A stretch of DNA of 33,000 nucleotides, from contig JAQFVV010000003.1 of NCBI GenBank assembly GCA_028023455.1, positions 13,485,001 through 13,518,000 of the forward strand, read 5' to 3'. Position numbers and translations under genes: made by a program. The notes below the pieces were generated by a model. The model saw only the letters and a program-made list of their open reading frames with translations, searched no databases and was not told where the DNA came from. Positions 11,241 through 22,800 of this stretch are shown here, in pieces; within the stretch, counting starts at the first letter, position 1, and every line of letters starts with the position of its first letter. This DNA is from Epiperipatus broadwayi. Lineage: Eukaryota; Animalia; Onychophora.

Positions 11241-13214
11241 TATTCCCTGAGAATCTCAGAGTATGGATGTAAAAGTCGATCATTAAAAGATAAAAAGCAA
11301 TATTAATGCTTTTAAACTATGGTAATGGTGAAGACTTTTGAAAGAAACGTGATCAGTAAAAAGAAGCAAGACGAATGTTTATCGGAAGCAAATTAAAATA
11401 AAAATAAAAAGTCTAAACTGTCTTAGTTATTCTATGAGATAGAGTAATTTAATATAAAAATGTATGATATTGAGAAAAGCTAATAGTGAAAAAATATTAA
11501 TACCAACTATGGTATAAATTTCATTATAACAATACTGGATATCCATAAACTGGGCTAAAAAGATCAAATAAATGATAAATAGTTACCATGATAGATTATT
11601 AGCGAGCAGTGCCACGGATACGATAGTCAGATGTCAAAGTGGACTATACCTAATAATAATAGCTTGTTGATTTAAATAGCCATTTAAATAGGTATATATA
11701 AAAAACTCAAACTAAATTTAGATTTCTCTTAATTTTTAGAACAGTTATTTCTGGTCTATTTATTAATAGGACTATACACATAGGACAAGAAAACCAAACT
11801 GCATTGAGGTTTAATCAGGTGGATGAGAGCAGAGAAAACTCGAACAAATTATCGATATTCCAGCTCTCTTTTAGATAAATTAAGTAATCGAATGGATTAT
11901 CATTCGGGAAGTCATATGATGTTCGAGCACTAGAGGTGATAGTCAAACTATTATAGAGAATTTTAGCTCTCAGTTTTGCCTTTCTATCATTGTACTGAAC
12001 CATACAGGAGTCATTTAGATGATACTGTGACAAAAAGATGTAGTGTGCAAAGCAAAAAGTATGCGCCAAAGAAACATATTCATATATATATAGCAAAGTT
12101 TTACATACATTAAAGAAAAATCAATATTTGTAAAAATAAATGTAAACTGTTGAAAAACGATGGTCATCAAGAAGCGAAATGAAACAAAGCTGTGTGAAAA
12201 GATAACAAAATCTTACAAAGTTAGTGAAGGAAGGGTGAAATTCAAATATAATCAAGGTGTGGTTGTAGAAAATATGGAAGTACACATATTTACCAAATTA
12301 TAAGATAAACAATTAGATACAGATATGAAAAATAAATAGATTACTATTAGAATTATCTTACATTTAATTACTATGAACTTTGAATACAATTTCCGCTAAA
12401 TAGTTTATTAAAAATAAAATTTTATTTTTTTATCTTCTCTCAATAATACACATTCGATTTAATATTTATATATGTGCGTTCTTTTAATTGTTGATTTGGA
12501 AGTGACTAAGATAACAATAAATCTACTACAATCAATTTCCATTAATTAATCATTATTCTAGTGACATCATAAAATAGTGAATGGTATCTAATGTTAGAAT
12601 TAAGATATGGGTTTAAAAGATAATGGCTTAGTATGGTATTTTTTAAGTTGTATAAAATATCAAAAACAAATAGAATTTTTGGAGTAGGTCACAGTTATTA
12701 AAAATATATAAAATATAGTATTAACTTTTTTTTGCCATCAAAAAAAAAAAAAAAACTTGGATAATTAAGTTTCAATTTATTTTTTTCGACATTTTTTTTT
12801 ATAGTATTAGGATGGTACTTTTAATTTTGATACATTTTAAATAAAATTGAATGGAAAAACAAATTTAAACTGATTTTGTGTGACAGTGTAAATACATTCA
12901 TGTATTTAATTTCAAAACTAAATATGGAACAATATGTAAACACTTTACATTAGGACTAGGGTCTGCTTTTAATTTTTTAAAATGGATTTTTTTATTGTTT
13001 TATTTAACACACATATTGGCATCAATTAATTTCTTATAAAAAAATTTCTGCATTGCTTTGCTTGCTAAAAAGTGAATTCAATAATAAATACATACATTTT
13101 ATTTCTTATGGATTAATTTCTTCATTACTTTGTCCTCTACAGTGCTATAATCATTTAAAGATCACATATTGTAACAGTGTCAGATATTATGATTGAATGA
13201 TTTCAAGTAACTAT

Positions 13215-14325
13215 ATAGGCACTCTTCATATATCTGGAGCCCAATTGTAAATATAGGATTTTGAACTCAGACTTTCAAGCACCTTCAACTATCCACACCA
13301 TCTCATACCACCGAGACACATGACCACACACATGTAGAAAAGACAAAAAAATCACTAATATATGCACCTCATAGAACCAGCACTCATCAGCTGATCCAGA
13401 TAATCATGCCTCATACATATATATATATATAATCAGTGCTCAGTTTATATCAAGATAGCAAATCCTTATACTTTAATGGACAGGCTTAAATTTACTCCAA
13501 CTCTTCAGCCATCCATACCATTGAAATCTGACGATGGAAAGCTCAAATCCCATGTTGATGTCAATATTATTGCCATGCCCATGTTGACCTCAAATCACTC
13601 TGAGCCCTCATGTATAGGACCTTATCCATTTATATACATAGAAGAGAGAAGCACTGATTTGTGAAAGGATGCTCCATTTATATACATAGAAGAGAGAAGC
13701 ACTGATTTGTGAAAGGATGATGATCTAGATCAGCTGATGATTGCTGGTTTTGCACAAGATGCATATATTGGTGATTGTTAATCTTTTCTACCTGTGTGTG
13801 GTCATATGTGTCAGTGGTATGAGATAGTTGAAGGGTGCTTGAAAGTCTGAGTTCAAATCCTATATTTACAATTGGGCTCCAGGTATATGAAGAGTGCCTG
13901 TATTTCAAATATTTACACATTAAGCCTTTTCCTGCCTGTCCCACTTTCTATGTATATAAATGGATAAGGTCCTATACATGAGGGATCAGAGTGATTTGAG
14001 GTCAACATGGGCATGGCAGTAATATTGGCATCAACATGGAATTTGAGCTTTCCACCATCAGATTTCAATGGTATGGATAGCTGAAGAGTTGGAGTAGATT
14101 GAAGCCTGTCCATTAAAGTATGAGGATTTTCTATCTGGATATAAACTGAGCACTGATTATACATATGTGTGGGGGGATAATGATCTAGATCAGTTGATGA
14201 GTGCTGGTTCAGCATGAGGTGCATATATTGGTGATTATTTGTCTTTTTTACAGGTGTATCAGTGGTATGAGATGGTGTGGATAGTTGAAGGGTAGTTGAA
14301 AGTCTGAGTTCAAATCCCCTATATT
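13215..14325. mobile_element. Family A composite insertion: inverted copy (13215-13640) plus tandem plus-strand copies (13700-14325), unit about 460 nt
   Basis: Three degenerate HHRs (13354-13395 on minus; 13729-13772 and 14189-14232 on plus). Tail on the left arm. Candidate TSD TAACTAT (13208-13214 / 14326-14332). Confidence 0.85.
13626..13719. repeat. 48-bp tandem duplication at the inversion junction
   Basis: CCATTTATATACATAGAAGAGAGAAGCACTGATTTGTGAAAGGATG occurs twice (from 13626 and 13674). Confidence 0.9.
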
Positions 14326-16589
14326 TAACTATGTATTTGTGAATGAGATAAAAGATAAATCATTTGTTCAATTCAGATATGTGTTATCTTCCCTACGTCA
14401 CCATACTGCAATCATTTATATATTTTCAATTAGTGCTGATACTATAACCACTCTTATTTATATTATTTAATTAAAATTTTTCATTATTTATTTGTGTCAT
14501 TTTTGGAGTAAGATTAAAATATACAAATAAATTAATTTGAATTCTATCAAAAGACACAGAATACAACTGAAACCTACAATTGGAAAAATATTGATTTGGA
14601 AAATAAAGTTCACTGCTGAAATTAAAAGACAATACTGCTGGCTTGCTTGTTTTAGTGTAGAGGTAGAAGAATCCAGAGTTCAAGGTCTATGCATCACAGT
14701 TCCAACCCAAAAACTTCTGGTCCTTGAACTTATGAATTACTGAACAATAAATTATTTAATTATTAACACAACATTGCTTAAATACCAAATAAGTAGGGTA
14801 AAGGATCAATATTTGATATACTGTATATGGATATATTTGTGGTTCAAGTCTATTTTGTTATGTTGTCTTTCTATTTTTCTTTTAATTATCTGAAGTTAGA
14901 ATGACTGTATTTATTTACAGGTGATTAGTAATGATGTAAATATACTGTGTATAGTGTGGGTATATGATAATAAATATTTTAATTTTACATTTACTTATTT
15001 CATATACAGTTCACTGCATATTTTATAATATACAAATAATAAGCTTATAATAGAATTTATTAATTAATACTTATTAATTTGTTAATGAAAAATTTTATAC
15101 AAAAAATTATGACTAAATTAATTATCTGTTGCATTGTTATCAGTTTTTAACAAAAAGGAAGTTGAGGTTGGACAGGAAAGAGACATAGAAGGATCAAATA
15201 ATAAAAAGGAAACGAGTGGGAATTCAGAACTTTAAATAATAATAAACTAAAAGAAAAAAGATAATTAGCCAAGAAAAAACAGTAATCATTGATAAAATGA
15301 TAATTAAAATATTAATTTGCAGCTCTAATATTAGAAAAATAGAACTGTAGAATATAAAAAAATGAAAAACATAAATACAGACTATATGTGCATACAGATA
15401 AAAAAAATCACCATAAAAAATAAAAAGAGCTGAAAATGAAAACAAAATATAAAAGAAAAAATTCAAACAAAAAAAGGTCACACTAAATCGATGAATAGAC
15501 TAATTTTAAATTCAATGTTAATAACAAAAAAGAGAGAGAAGGAACTAAATAAAATGATAAAAAAAATAAAAAATAAATACAAACAAATATAATATATAGA
15601 TAGAAAATAAAAATAATAACAATAATAAAAAAGTTAATTAGACTTCAAAATGTAACCAAAAGAATAAAAACTGAAGAATAAAAAACAAAACAAAACATGG
15701 GAACCCACACAGTGCAACAAAGACAATCACACATACACACACAAAAAAAGAGTTGTAGCTCAGTCCAGATATGGTATTGCTAGTATATCTTCCTTGCTCT
15801 TATTCATGTGTGTTTCTTTAATGTCTTAAGTACTACCCAAATCATTTATTGATTATATTTGCACTGTTAATTAATTACAAGACTGTCTTAGCTATTTTCA
15901 AAAACTAATTTTTTTTTGAAATGGTTACATTTCTTGTATCACTGTCTGTAGAAATATGACCTCTCTCCCACCAATCCTATTTTTTTGTTTATATAGTGCA
16001 TGGATAATTTGCCTGAGATCCATTTGCTGACTAAATTGGAATGGTTATATGAATTGTTTGTAAGTTGATTTTTTGAAAAAAAAAAAAATGTAAACCTTGC
16101 TTGTTATTCTGTAAATATCCAAAGCTAACACGCTTGGATTCAAATCTTAGGTGTTAAAACATGGTAAGGGATGTAAGAATGTTGCATATTTTTAGAGATG
16201 ATTGGTTTCTCTTTTAATAATCATTGAGTACTTAAAAGATCTGAGAGAAATAATTTCCTGTTTACCTATTGCTATTTTTTTTCTCTCTCTTAATATTGTA
16301 AGAGTATTTTTATAAAAATTAATAGGAGGAAGTGGAGGGCATCAGAAGAGATTTGGGTTCACTTGTCTTGAAATGATGTAGCAATTTAAAACTGCAATCA
16401 ATCACATAAGAAGTTGTGCAATATATTTTGAGCATACATACAAATTATAAGTAGAGAAAAAAATCAGGATGCATATTGTTATTGATTTCAGGAGTGATCT
16501 TAATCCATTTATCATTTTATTGTATGGTACAGGGCATGTACCCACTATGCCCAGAATTTGGGATCTGAGATTAAGCCAGACAAATTATT

Positions 16590-16760
16590 TTTCTGGTCAC
16601 AAGAAGGGTTAGGATTTTTCTTTCAAGTAGATGAACCATAAGTAATTTGGCTAAGATCATAGGTTAATCTTGGTTGCATTGATTACTAAAAATATGATGC
16701 AATCTTCAGCATTGGTGGGAGAATGAAACCATAGTTTACCATTGTTTTTTGGATAATCTA
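16590..16760 (-). mobile_element. Possible I/Nimb-clade LINE 3' remnant
   Basis: Minus frame RLTYDLSQITYGSST*KKNPNPSCD loosely resembles RLRIGHTRLTHG.LL....PP.CD. Short match only. Confidence 0.25.
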
Positions 16761-18606
16761 TGTATCAAATAAATATTAGATTACATTTGGATTCTTGCTA
16801 TCATTTGAGCATAAAATATAATTAAAAGGCTAAATGTAATTTAGAGATAAATCCTTGTTTTACTTACACTTGGTATGCAGCTTCCAAATATTATTTTTAA
16901 AAAGTAGAATATTTAATAAAAAACCATGCATGTTTTCTTTATTTTGAAACTAAATTTAATGTTAAAAATTTTACTACTCAAGTTCACTTTTTCTTCTTCT
17001 CTATGTTTACTGGTTTGACAAAGTTTAAGAGATAGTGTTGTGATAAGCACATGAAATGCAAATTTTATGAATTACAGTAGCTGTAAAAGGACAGTAAACT
17101 CATTTCACTTCTAGAAATGTAATCATTGACAAACAACTTAAAGCAGTTGTCTGTTTATAAATACAGGAAAGAAAAGTGTTAATAAATTTTTATTTAATTT
17201 GACAAGAGGGATTTATTCAAATAATATATCATTATTGAAAATACTACAAATTAAGACCATAAATTGATATCCATGACTATTATCAAAAAAGGTTTTTTCT
17301 AAAAACACAAACTCTAAGATCTGTTCAGTTCAAATGACTACCAAAAGTTTACATTTCTCCAACTCTTTTCATTTTTCTCAATCTGGTATTGTGGTGCTTG
17401 ATCATCATTTTGACCTTATAAGATGTCAAACACATGATAAATAAATTGTCAGAACTTGGACAAAAATGTAAAAGTAAAGTAGAAAAAAATAGCATCATTA
17501 AAATTCAACAAACATCAATCAATACAATCACAAAAAACTTAAAGCTAATAAAGCCAAAAGTAGATAGTAAGAAAGAGTACAGAATGTTTGTGAGTGATTT
17601 ATATGTAGCGATTAATGCAGCTTTCAACAAAAACTATGAGTTAGGGTTAAAATCTAGATTGAACTTGATATTTTTTTTAGGTGCAGATAATTTTCAAGTA
17701 AAATTAGGATTTTGTTTTCAGTCTAGCCAGATCTAATTGATACAACTATCTATGCAATTATTGATCAGGAAAGAACATCAATAAATTATTACTAACTAAT
17801 AGTTGATTATTCATCTATAGAAAGATAATGAAGAGGATTTTATCCTGCTATGGACAATTTAAGATTGTTTTACTGATTACAGAGAATTAATCTGATGAAA
17901 TTACGGAAAGTAAAAAAGAATTTTAAAAAGAGAATAAAATGGGGAAGGAAGCAGTAATTGGATAATGATAAAAAAAGCAAACAAACAATAATACAAAAGA
18001 CGAAAACAAACTACTGTACTTTTTTTTATTATTCATCATTAACAATGCAGCTCTTAGATTTATCGCCACCAATAAGAGATTTACTTATTGACTCATTTCA
18101 TTCTTATTTATACATGTATTAAAAAAACATCAATTAGATTGGTTTTGACAAGGAAAAATAGTTATTATTAAAAGTTATTTATATCAACATTTGAAAAAAT
18201 GTTCTATGTAAACAAATACAGTCATAATTAAAATTTAACATAAATTTTAAAGTTAGATTTATTACACATATACATAAATTGGAAAAAAGATTTTATTATT
18301 CATAAAAATTTAATTCGGAGAATTTATAAAAGTCATTATTTATGCTCTCAGGTGTTAATACTGAGCAAACTTATGGATTTAATATACTTAGTAATAAAAT
18401 AATACTGTGTACAGTATATTTAAATATTGGTATATATAAATAATGAATTTACATATGTTTGTTAAAAGAGAAAGATTTATTTTTATACCTATAATAAAGA
18501 TAAAAATATGCGTACACAATAATTATTGCTTTAACTTGTTTTCTCATATAACATGATTTGGTTTTAAACTAAGGTTAATCAAATCACACACTATCACCAG
18601 ATTAAT

Positions 18607-19280
18607 ACAAGCGGTTAAAAAGTAGCAACAGTAGTGCCACCCAGTGAAGCCATAGTAATCAATGAACGATATAAGTTTTATGCTTCAAAATAATATCTAG
18701 TGCCTACTCATTCAATATCCTACTAATTTCTGGCTTTTAACCTTCATTAGAAAGATGTCTTGAATTTTGATGCAGAAACCTTCTAGCATCCACTGATTAC
18801 TATCGCTTGCACTGAATGGCACTACTGTACGAAGAGAGTAACTTGTTTTAACAATTTGTGTAAGCATAACAAATGGTGATCATGTGATGTTTTAGTGGTT
18901 TAATACCAATCCTGGCCAATGATGATGGTGATCAAGGATATTAAAAAACAGACGCTAAAATGTATAGATACTGAACTGGGTTCAGATCTGTATGACTATA
19001 CAAGTAAATGAACTTCAACTGAAAACATAAGTGTATTTTCATCTTGAACTCATAGCTTTATAGTTAACTAAAAAGGCAGCTGCTAGAGGCTTGCATTTGA
19101 TCCAAAGATTTAGATGCAGTCATCACAGATCCAAGACTTTTCGTTGATGGTTACAAGCCAGAAACTAATCTGGGGACATTGGATGGGTAGGCAGTAGATA
19201 GGGATTTTGATGCACAACCCTTCTAGCTTTCATTGATTACTATGGCTTGCACTGTCTGGCAGTACTATATGAAGTGGCCA
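18607..19280. mobile_element. Family C composite insertion: inverted arm (18607-18737) plus direct repeats (18765-18830 and 19205-19270), unit about 440 nt, 9-bp TSD
   Basis: 18628-18737 is the reverse complement of ~19155-19270. The ~65-bp direct repeats are 440 nt apart. CAGATTAAT at 18598-18606 and 19281-19289. Confidence 0.75.
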
Positions 19281-19700
19281 CAGATTAATTAAATCAATCT
19301 TATTAGTTTGGAGGAAGCTTATTTGTAAAAAAAAATAAATAAATAAACAACTGTTAATTCTTAATTTGATAAGCAATTTTTGTGTTTTCATGAAGGTTTG
19401 TGATGATCGTGTTCTAGCTATATTTTATATTGGACTATTTCCATCATCTAATATTAGTATTGAATGTCTTTAGGAAAATTTAACTTTTATTTAAATATTC
19501 CAAATTCATTTAACTGTTAGTAATAGCACATCAAACAGGTTAGTATATGCACAGTGTTTTGAGAGATATTATTCTCTCCTCTTCTTCAGGTGTTGCTGGC
19601 CTGATCAGTGACAGTACTAGCATGGGATTCGAACCTGGACCCTTAGATTCTTGAATATAGCATTACCTTAAAATTCAATACTCAAGAATCTACAAATCCA

Positions 19701-19712
19701 GGTTCGAATCCC
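19701..19712 (+). promoter_or_regulatory. Pol III B-box within a tRNA-like 3' half
   Basis: Exact GGTTCGAATCCC, mirrored at 19624-19635. The left-arm context AATCTAAGGGTCCAGGTTCGAATCCC resembles the tRNA-Lys(UUU) 3' half as recalled. Confidence 0.6.
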
Positions 19713-19732
19713 ATGCTGGAACTGTCACTGAT

Positions 19733-19800
19733 CAGGCCAGCAATACCTGAAGAAGAGGGAAGAAATAATACTCTCGAAACATTGTGCGTATACTAACCTG
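19733..19800 (+). ncRNA. Minimal type I hammerhead ribozyme, family B; predicted cleavage after 19783
   Basis: UAC-CUGAAGA-A-GAGGG[11 nt]CUCUC-GAAAC-AUU-GUG. One-nt insertion after CUGANGA as in many PLE HHRs. Lower helix I UAC/GUG, upper CAGG/CCUG. The minus-arm copy (19549-19596) has GAAA changed to AAAA. Confidence 0.65.
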
Positions 19801-22800
19801 TTTGATGTGCTATTACTAATAGTTGAATGTATTTGGAATATTTAAATAAAAGTTAAATTTTTCTAAAGACATTCAATACTCATATTAGATGATGAAAATA
19901 GTCCAATATAAAAATACAATTTCTGTAAGTGTATATAAAAAAAAACTATAGTCAAATATTAGCTGAAATCAGAGCCTACAAGACAGTCTCTAGCAATTAA
20001 AACAGAAGAGAGAAAATCCATCTTAGAAAATTCACATAGGAGACAAACTCTTATAACAAGGTTCACAAATCTATACCTGAGACTCCTGCCATTAAGCTAT
20101 ATAATTATAAAATAATGATTGGCCAAAACAACTATGTGAATCATTTGTGAAGTTAGTTTTAATTTTTGCTATGTACCATCTCAATAGTCATCTATCTAGA
20201 TTTTGAATTGAAAGTTTCAACAAAATTAATGTATCTTTTAGCAAGATTATATTCTGTTAACCATCCATAGATAAACTTTGGATTATCTTTTCATTTCTAG
20301 CACACATATTGTACCGGTCAAAAAATGTCCACCACCTAAACTGCAAGTCGGATCCAAACTCAGCCGAACCAAACTGAATTCAAACCCAATTCATCAGCTC
20401 AGATCAATGGATGATCTAAATTGACAGCACAGTGCTATGCGCCAAGGAACTAGCTCAATGATTGGTGATGATTAGAGACCCCTGAACTGACCTTTATATC
20501 AGATAATAAACTGACTAAAGATAATTTTAAATCAAATCATATGTATATGTTCGGGTTGCCAACACAGACAGCAAGCCTTAACATTAAATAATTATTAGAA
20601 ACCAAGTGTGTTAATAAAATATTTTAATAATAATAATAATAATGGTTTTGTTCAATTTAAATGATGATTATATTTAGCACCTCTAGCCTTAAACAGAGTT
20701 TATAATTATAATAAGAATGGCAGTTCCTATTATATGCCAATGAGTATTATGCAATATTATGGAATTCTATCTGTCTATGCCCCCAACAAGAAAATAAAGG
20801 CAGATAACGGTATTCAGTTATAAAGGAAATTATGATTCTTATTTTATACAGAAGAATGTGAGATTTATTTTCACATTCGCAAATCCATTCATGAAGAGCA
20901 AGATATGTATTTAGGGCATAACTTTAACCTTTATTAGAAAACTTACTTAATTTGAGATAATTGAGAATTTGTTCGACTTTAATTGAAATCACTTCATCAC
21001 GAATTATGAGCATAAGAGCGGGCTTTACTGGAACAGAGAGGTAATGATGCTGATGAATTGTGAGCTATAAAATGAACAGGAAAGATAATCACTGGTCGGT
21101 GGTTTAAGTAGTATGGCAGCTTATATTTGACAAGTCTTACTGCCCTTTAAGGAAATGTGAACACGGGGAAAGCCAGGCCGAGTTATAACTATGAACCTTT
21201 GGTGTTCCGAATATAATATAAGTGGGGAGGAAGTGCTTTCTTCCTCTATAATTTAAAATAACAGTAATATTATCACCGATGAGCCTATGGAGCGGAAAAT
21301 TGCCCTACGTCAGGAACGTTCAAAGATGATGATTTGATAGTCACCGTTTGAATAATAAAACCCAATTTATTATAGAATGCTCTATGTGATGACTTGATCA
21401 AATTAATTAAAGTCAAATGAGCTTTTAACTAAAACTATTTTAAAGCATATATAAAATTATATTAATTATGCCCCAAACATCGTGCCCTTCCTGAATCTTA
21501 ATAGAAAGTAACAGAAATTTAAATTAGAATATATTTAGTTGATTCCTTTATCGACCCATTTGCAAAAACATTTTAATATTATATATGAATAACTAATTAT
21601 TGGTGAACATGAGAAAATAGCTGGGGCATAGATTAGAAATGGAGCTAATAATTTATTATTAGCCAATGACAAAAATAGTAAACATTTAATAATTTTTTTC
21701 GACTCGATAATTAATAGAATGTATAAATTTAGTTCTAATGGGCGAGAATTACTATTAGACTTAATATTATATTATTTGCATAAAGCAAGTGGAACAAAGG
21801 AGCTCATCGAGTCGAAGGATTATTGGCATATAATTAAAAATAAACAACATTAATAAATCACACAATAAATATATATAACATAGTAACTGAACCGGCATCG
21901 TAAGAAAGGAAATTTAAATTTAAAGACTAGAGGTTGAGAGAATTACTATGCAATTTAAAAAGCATAACTAAAAGAAGGTTTTATAAAGATTATTACATTA
22001 AAGAATGAAAAAAGCTCTTAAAGGGAGTGTAAAGTAAAGATTGGAAACTGACCAGAAAGTCACGGTTCATTATGGAAATATATTACCATTTCTTCCAGGC
22101 TGGTTCCTTAGTTTACATGTCCGGGTTGGTAAAACATAGGCACACATTTGGTCGATTACTTGAACAGCATTTTATTCATTTTTCATGATTTTGGCAGCAT
22201 GATTGGTCCAAAAAAGATTTAGCAGCTTCTTCGAAGATTTTCAGGGGACTTTAGGAACCATAGCCAGATTCCTGACGTTTAGCCTCTCACCATTGTAGGA
22301 ATACTATTTGAATTCATGATTTTAAAATGCACAGAATTTAATGGCACTTTTCTACAACAAAGATGGCTTCTTCCTTCTCCAAACTTTTCAGAACTATTTA
22401 TACTATATCTGATGCATTCAGGCTAGCGCTTCTTCCATTTTCAATGTTACAAGTTTTTACTAATTGATTTTAGATACATTCCTTCGATAAGGCTTTCAAA
22501 CTCATTAACTCTGAATTCATTTTCTAATTAGAAAATGAATTTATAAATCTAAAAACGATTTTAATTAGGAAATCCTTACATTTTAAATATTTATCTTTTT
22601 TTCTAATTAATAAAACTTTACCCATTGTTTTGGAAAGGGAAAATCTGAAAGCTTATCAAAAGAATGTAGCTTTTAATCACTAAAATTTAACAAATAATTT
22701 AAAAGTAAAATCAAAACATTCCCGACGCAATGAAACTTTCGAACAATTATATATATTTAAATATTTATAAATATATACGCACAATCCACGCAGTTGTAAT

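Larger units (their letters stand above)
19384..19916. mobile_element. Family B foldback insertion: ~240-bp arms (19419-19657 / 19679-19917), ~21-nt loop, tail 19384-19418
   Basis: Long inverted repeat with the tail on the left arm only (tail matches 3655-3690). TSD CAATTTTTGT / CAATTTCTGT (19374-19383 / 19917-19926). Confidence 0.9.

Noticed and set aside
11815-12096. Minus ORF with a good acceptor-like site (TTTTTGTCACAG)
   Set aside because: No recognisable protein and no partner exons. The plus strand reads equally well as a decayed RT (NYR..SLL), so neither reading is supportable.
13476-14224. ORF-track entries 13476-13664(+), 13678-13944(-), 13913-14224(-) with shared peptide (MDRL..TPTLQ.SIPLKSD)
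   Set aside because: They are antisense readings of repeated family A copies. The shared peptide reflects DNA repetition, not a gene family.
15180-15750. Hydrophobic 85-aa ORF 15224-15481
   Set aside because: Artefact of an A-rich low-complexity tract.
17300-17900. ORF 17434-17736 with an RT-like string (FDL..H.MINKL..LG)
   Set aside because: Downstream motif spacing is inconsistent. May be a decayed LINE but cannot be called.
19621-19720. tRNA gene
   Set aside because: Only the 3' half is present; no D-arm or acceptor stem. The same applies to the other B-box sites.
20308-20336. Tc1/mariner-like TIR start (GTACCGGTCAAAAAATGTCCACC)
   Set aside because: No inverted partner found in the window.
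20391-21056. Additional CTGATGA strings at 20391-20397(-) and 21050-21056(+)
   Set aside because: No helix II followed by GAAA, so not hammerheads.
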